A DNA stretch of 25,241 nucleotides. Source: Chiloscyllium plagiosum. Taxonomy: Eukaryota. The notes under the pieces are model-generated. The model did no database searches, had not been told where the DNA came from, and saw nothing but the letters and a program-made list of their open reading frames with translations. Location of the stretch: assembly GCF_004010195.1 (NCBI RefSeq), contig NC_057720.1:7046031-7071271 (forward strand). Reading direction: 5' to 3'. The translations under genes and the position numbers were made by a program. Positions 20,935 through 25,241 of this stretch are shown here, piece after piece. Position 1 is the stretch's first letter. Each line of letters begins with the position of its first letter.

Positions 20935-21104
20935 TAACTTACTAACTTCTAACTTACACTATAAATAATTATAAGGTAATGTAGCTTATTTTTCTTTATT
21001 GCTCTATTTTGTATCTAGGATTTGTACCTGGGGACTTTGTCCCTGATGTGACACCACATTGGCCGACATTTGTAAACTTCTCACTGTACTCCTGTACTTT
21101 TATT

Positions 21105-21427
21105 TTCTTTCAGAAAATGAGGGCACTATTGGCTAGGCAGCATTTATTGCCCATCCCTAATTGACCAGAGGGCAGTTAGGTTTCAACCACATTGCTGTGG
21201 GTCTGGAGTCACATGTAGGCCAGGCCAGGTAAGGATGGCCGTTTCTTTCCCTAAAGGACATGAGTGAACCAGATGGGTTTTTCCCAACAAACAGCAATGG
21301 ATTCATGGTGATCAGTAGACTCCGAATTCCAAATTTTTATTGAATTCAAACGTGATTCTAATCCACGTCCTAGGAGTCTCTGGGTTAACAGCCTGGTAAT
21401 AATACCACTGGGCTATCAGCCTCCCCT
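21105..21427 (-). mobile_element. Family S SINE, full length
   Basis: Reverse complement of 567-1131 and 15525-15872 (cagcatttattgcccatccctaatt...aataccactgggctatcagcctcccc). Confidence 0.82.
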
Positions 21428-21467
21428 CCCATGTACTTGAGTACACATGACAACAAACCTAATGCTA

Positions 21468-21612
21468 AGGATTTGGAAATCTGCCATCTTTAACTGGCCT
21501 GGCCTACACATGACTCTGGAAACTCAGCAATGCGACTCTTAATTCCCTTCTGAAATGGCTGGTCCAGAAATGGACAAGCACCAAATGCTGGTGAAGCCCA
21601 CATTCCCATGGA
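21468..21612 (+). mobile_element. Family S SINE 3' half
   Basis: ggaaatctgccatctttaactggcctggcctacacatgactc...aaatgctgg...gcccacattcccatg. Confidence 0.62.
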
Positions 21613-21725
21613 AAGGGGGAAGGAACTAATCCTCGTGATTTTGTACACCTCCGTTAAATTTCCCCCGATCCTCCTCTGCCGAGAGGAGAATTCCTCCTCC
21701 GCACCGTAATTGTGCCTCGAGGTAC

Positions 21726-21854
21726 CTGGCTGCCAGAGGAGTACCGAGCGCTGGTCCTACTCGTCGAGGCCTTGGCAGAGCTATGGGAGCTGTCACCAGT
21801 TAACCCGCTGCAGCACTGTGAATGACGGAAACACTTGCTGTATTCTTTACGGAC
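21726..21854 (-). CDS. ADGRL2: Latrophilin (ADGRL2-like adhesion GPCR) coding exon, 129 nt, start of the cytoplasmic tail after TM7
   Basis: Minus strand reads cgtaactaacgccatttctactctggcag|GTCCGTAAA...GGCAGCCAG|gtacct, with a CTAAC branch point, AG/GT ends and phase 0-0. It translates to [43 protein letters not shown], matching recalled human ADGRL2 [43 protein letters not shown]. The family is secure; the exact paralog is less so. Confidence 0.93.
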
Positions 21855-22149
21855 CTGCCAGAGTAGAAATGGCGTTAGTTACGTTTATACACCAAGGTAG
21901 AACATTAACTTACCAAGACCTCGTGGAGTTCTCTCCTGAGGCATCGGGACAGATTCAAGGGTGACATTTCTGGTCGGGGAGATTAAAAGAACCAAGCAGA
22001 GTCATGGATTCACTTTTAACATTGCACGGGTACGTTGGGTCATTTGGAGGAAGTGTGTCAAAGTTCATAGCAGCAAAATTACAAGCTGATGGCAGTCCAC
22101 TCCAGCCACTGTGGTGCGTTGCTCTCTCACGAGGAACAGGGAACGGTTA

Positions 22150-22650
22150 AGTGATAGAAGGAGGCCAGTTGGTCCACTCTTACCATGCCTGTGCTCTGCA
22201 ATAGTAAGCAGTCAGGAATGCACCCCCCCTCCTTTTTTTCTGAGAAGGGAGTTCTTGGGGCTAAAGGGATCAAAGATCATGGTTTGAACAGGGTACTGAG
22301 ATGGAGGTTCAGTCATGACCATATTGAATGATGGAGCAGGCCTGAAGGGCCGAATGGCCTACTCCTGTCCCTATTTTCTATGTTTCTTTGCTTTCTCCAT
22401 AAGCTTGAATTTTCTCCTCTTTTCAGATAATTACACCATCTCGTTTAGAAAGTCACAATTGGATGCATCTCCACCACACATTCAGTAAGCACATTCCAGG
22501 TCCTCATTTAGAGAAAAAGGATTTTTTTTTCCTGTCATATCACCTTTGATTCTTTTGCTAATCGCTTTAAATCAGTGTCCTTTGATTCTCACAGCTTCTT
22601 CCAATGGGGACTGTTTCTCCCCATCAACTCTGCATCGACATATCATTAGA
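22150..22650 (-). mobile_element. Old CR1 3' fragment containing a plus-strand CR1 tail at about 22238-22388
   Basis: The inner piece has gaatgatggagcaggcctgaagggccgaatggcctactcctgtccctattttctatgtttct; the outer pieces have agaaggaggcca and ctccaccacacattcagtaagcacattccag. Confidence 0.6.
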
Positions 22651-22671
22651 TTAGTTCATTCTTCTACTTGC

Positions 22672-22975
22672 TTATGAACTGTGAGTGTCACTGACTGGGT
22701 CCAGCGTTTATTGCCCGTCCCTAGTTGCCCCTTGAGCTGCCTTCTTGAACCGCTACAGCCCATGTGGCGTAGGGACACCCACAATGCTGTTAAGGGAGGG
22801 AGCTCCAGGATTTTGACCCAGTGAAGGAACAATGATACTGCTCAAAGTCAGATGGTGTATGTCTAAGAGGGGAGCTGACTGGTGGGGCTGTTCCCATGTA
22901 TCTGCTGTCCTTGTCCTTCCAGACGGGAGAGATTGTGAAATTGGAAGACGCTGCATAAACAGCATAGCTGAGAAA
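22672..22975 (-). mobile_element. 3' end of a second CR1-group LINE family, candidate partner of SINE family S
   Basis: Minus frames give LPSGRTRTADTWE, SFTGSKSWSSLP and NSIVGVPTPHGL. The 3' UTR gggcaactagggacgggcaataaacgctgg matches the family S tail. Confidence 0.72.
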
Positions 22976-23054
22976 GGGCTTTTGCGAGTCAAACAAGTCA
23001 GGGTTTGTGGTGGGACAGAGGGGGATGCAGACATCAAAGTGGAGTTATGACTGT

Positions 23055-23185
23055 AAACCGAGGCTGAGGTAATCATGAAGGTCCCACCTTGCTCCTTGCC
23101 TGAGGTGTGGTGACCCTCAGGACATACCACCACCCTGTCATCTCTCTCTCTAATGAACGAGCAGGACTGTGGTCGCCTGCCATTA
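23055..23185 (+). mobile_element. Probable SINE fragment (another family)
   Basis: ggctgaggtaatcatgaaggtccc...gcctgaggtgtggtgaccctcagg...tctctctctaatga resembles a recalled shark interspersed repeat; only one copy is in the window. Confidence 0.4.
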
Positions 23186-23603
23186 ATGCAACTGTACCTA
23201 GATCGTGTCCAATGATGGACCCTTCACCTGCTCCCAAGTCCTCTGGCCCTCTCTGTCATGACCTAGGACATCCCAATAATACCTCCTCTCAACCATGCTC
23301 TTTACGCATCTTCTATCCACTTCATGGTGGACAATCTAACCACTTCACTGAAGCAAGTGACAGGTTCTTTGCCAAAAGACCGTAAGATATAGGAATTGCT
23401 TTGCAAGGAAATTCTGTGCTTATTCTGTGAACAGTTAGGCATGGGTCACAAACAGAACTGTGATTTAATTTTTAAAAAGGCCACACTCCCTGGGACAGAG
23501 GGAGAATGAAACAACACTGGGAACAATGGGCTGCTTTTACACCACACACCCCATCCCCAATCTGAAGTTCCAGGACTGATTCCACTGGCTAATGCAAAAC
23601 ATG

Positions 23604-24470
23604 ATGCGGAGGAACCGGTGTTGGACTGGGGTGGACAAAGCTAAAAATCACACAACACCAGGTTATAGTCCAACAGGTTTATCTGGAAGCACTAGCTTTT
23701 GGAGTGCTGCTCATTCATCAGGTGGCTGTGGAGCAGGATCATAGCACACTGAATTTATAGCAGAAGGTTTCAGAAAGATTCAACAGCAATCCAGGTTTGT
23801 TCAATATATTGCTTCAGTTGCATGACACTGTAATCTTTTGCAGCTGTACAGAGCCCTGGTGAGACCGCACCTGGAATATTGTGCGCAGTTTTGGTCTCCA
23901 CATTTGAGGAAAGACATTCTGGCTATTGAGGGTGTGCAGCGTAGGTTCACGAGGTCAATTCCCGGAATGGCGGGGCTATCTTACATTGAAAGATTGGAGC
24001 GACTGGGCTTGTATACGCTTGAGTTTAGAAGGCTGAGAGGGGATCTGATTGAGATGTATAAGATTATTAAAGGATTGGACACTCTGGAGGCTGGAAGCAT
24101 GTTTCCGCTGATGGGTGAGTCCCGAACCAGAGGACACAGCTTAAAAATACGGGGTAGGCCACTTAGAACAGAGTTGAGGAGAAACGTCTTCACTTCTTCA
24201 GTGGTGGGTGTGTGGAATGTTCTGCCCCAGGAGGCTGTGGAGGCCAAGTCTCTGGATACTTTCAAGAAAGAGTTGGATAGAGCTCTTAAGGATAGTGGAA
24301 TCAAGGGTTATGGGGATACGGCAAGAACAGGATAATGATTGAGGATGATCAGCCATGATCATAATGAATGGTGGTGCAGGCTCGAAGGGCAGCACGGCCG
24401 ACTCCTGCACCTATTGTCTATTGCCTATTATCTATTGACTCTAACCTGGTGTTGTGTGATTTTTAACTTA
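23604..24470. mobile_element. Fold-back Penelope-like element, family P3, interrupted by CR1
   Basis: taaaaatcacacaacaccaggttatagtc (23642-23670) is inverted at 24437-24465. Minus hammerhead CTGATGAatgagcagcactccAAAAgcta at about 23689-23725. Confidence 0.72.
23838..24437 (+). mobile_element. Young 5'-truncated CR1 with an open ORF2 C-terminus
   Basis: 165-aa uninterrupted frame LYRALVRPHLEYCAQFWSP...SRTRGHSLKIRG...GIKGYG; 3' UTR and (CTATTGT)-like tail. Confidence 0.95.
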
Positions 24471-24526
24471 ATTCATCACAGGCCTCTGGGAAAAGATGGC
24501 AGCAACAGGCCAACTTTGGAATGTGA

Positions 24527-25241
24527 CTAGAACGTAGATAGAAGAGGGACAGGAATGGTTGTTGGAGGTTCCTGGTTACAGATGTTTCAGTAAGATTAGA
24601 GGGGGGTGGTAAAAAAGGAGGGGGGGTTGCGTTGCTAATTAGAAATGGTATAACGGCTGTAGAAAGGCAGTTCGAGAGGGATCTGCCTTTGGAGCTAGTA
24701 TGGGCTGAAGTCAGAAATAGGAAAGTAGTAGTCACCTTGTTGGGTGTTTACTATAGGCCCCCCCAATAGCAGCAGAGATGTGGACAAACACATTGGGACA
24801 CAGATTTTGGAAAGGTGCAGAAGCCACAGGGGCGATTTCAACTTCCCAAATATTGATTGGAAGCTCTTTAGATCAAGTAGATTGGACGGGGCGGTGTTTG
24901 TGCAGTGTGTCCAGGAAGCTTTTTTAACTCAGTATGTAGATTGTCCGACCAGAGGGGAGGCCATATTGGATTTGATACTTGGTAATGAACCGGGACAAGT
25001 GATGGGCTTGTTAGTGGGTGAGCATTTTGGTGATGGTGACCACAATTCTGTGACTTTCACCTTGGTTATGGAGAGAGATAGGTGCGTGCAACAGGGTAGG
25101 TTTTACAATTGGAGGAAGGGTAAATACGATGCTGCAAGACAGGATCTGAGGAGCATAAATTGGGAGCATAGGCTGTCAGGGAAGGATGTCGTTAAAATGT
25201 GGAACTTTTTCAAGGAACAGATACGACGTGTCCTTGATATG
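24527..25241 (+). mobile_element. CR1 ORF2 APE-endonuclease region, frameshifted, continues beyond the window
   Basis: Motifs GGGVALLI, GVYYRPP, GDFNFPNIDW, FLTQYVDCPTRGEAILDLILGN, GEHFGDGDHNSVTF. Confidence 0.93.

Larger units (their letters stand above)
2093..21725 (-). other. Intron (19,633 nt) between the two latrophilin exons
   Basis: GT at 21725-21724 and AG at 2094-2093. The flanking peptides (...SSGSQ|SRIRR...) are contiguous in known latrophilins. Confidence 0.88.

Noticed and set aside
20470..21468. Possible Rex1-like LINE tail (cactgtactcc...gtacacatgacaacaaac) split by HE1 and family S
   Set aside because: The resemblance is limited to a short tail motif with no coding evidence, so it is too weak to call.
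23838..24335. 165-aa ORF as a host gene
   Set aside because: It is the C-terminus of CR1 ORF2, with no true ATG start.

Overview
Vertebrate genomic DNA, very probably an elasmobranch (shark): it carries HE1-type SINEs, CR1/HER1-type LINEs and Deu-domain SINEs. The window lies inside a minus-strand latrophilin gene, most similar to ADGRL2/LPHN2. Two consecutive coding exons for the cytoplasmic tail are visible, neither reported in its correct frame by the ORF track: 21854-21726 (129 nt, VRKEY...YSSGSQ) and 2092-1996 (97 nt, [18 protein letters not shown]...LNQ). They are separated by a 19.6-kb intron. Almost everything else is nested retroelement debris plus a 647-nt assembly gap. The most notable non-genic signal is a set of short Penelope-like (PLE) termini, many arranged as fold-back (inverted) insertions with 10-14 bp target-site duplications. 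Minimal hammerhead-ribozyme motifs of four sequence types occur in these and one other small repeat. All family assignments come from recalled consensus sequences and protein motifs, not from searches, and repeat boundaries are approximate.
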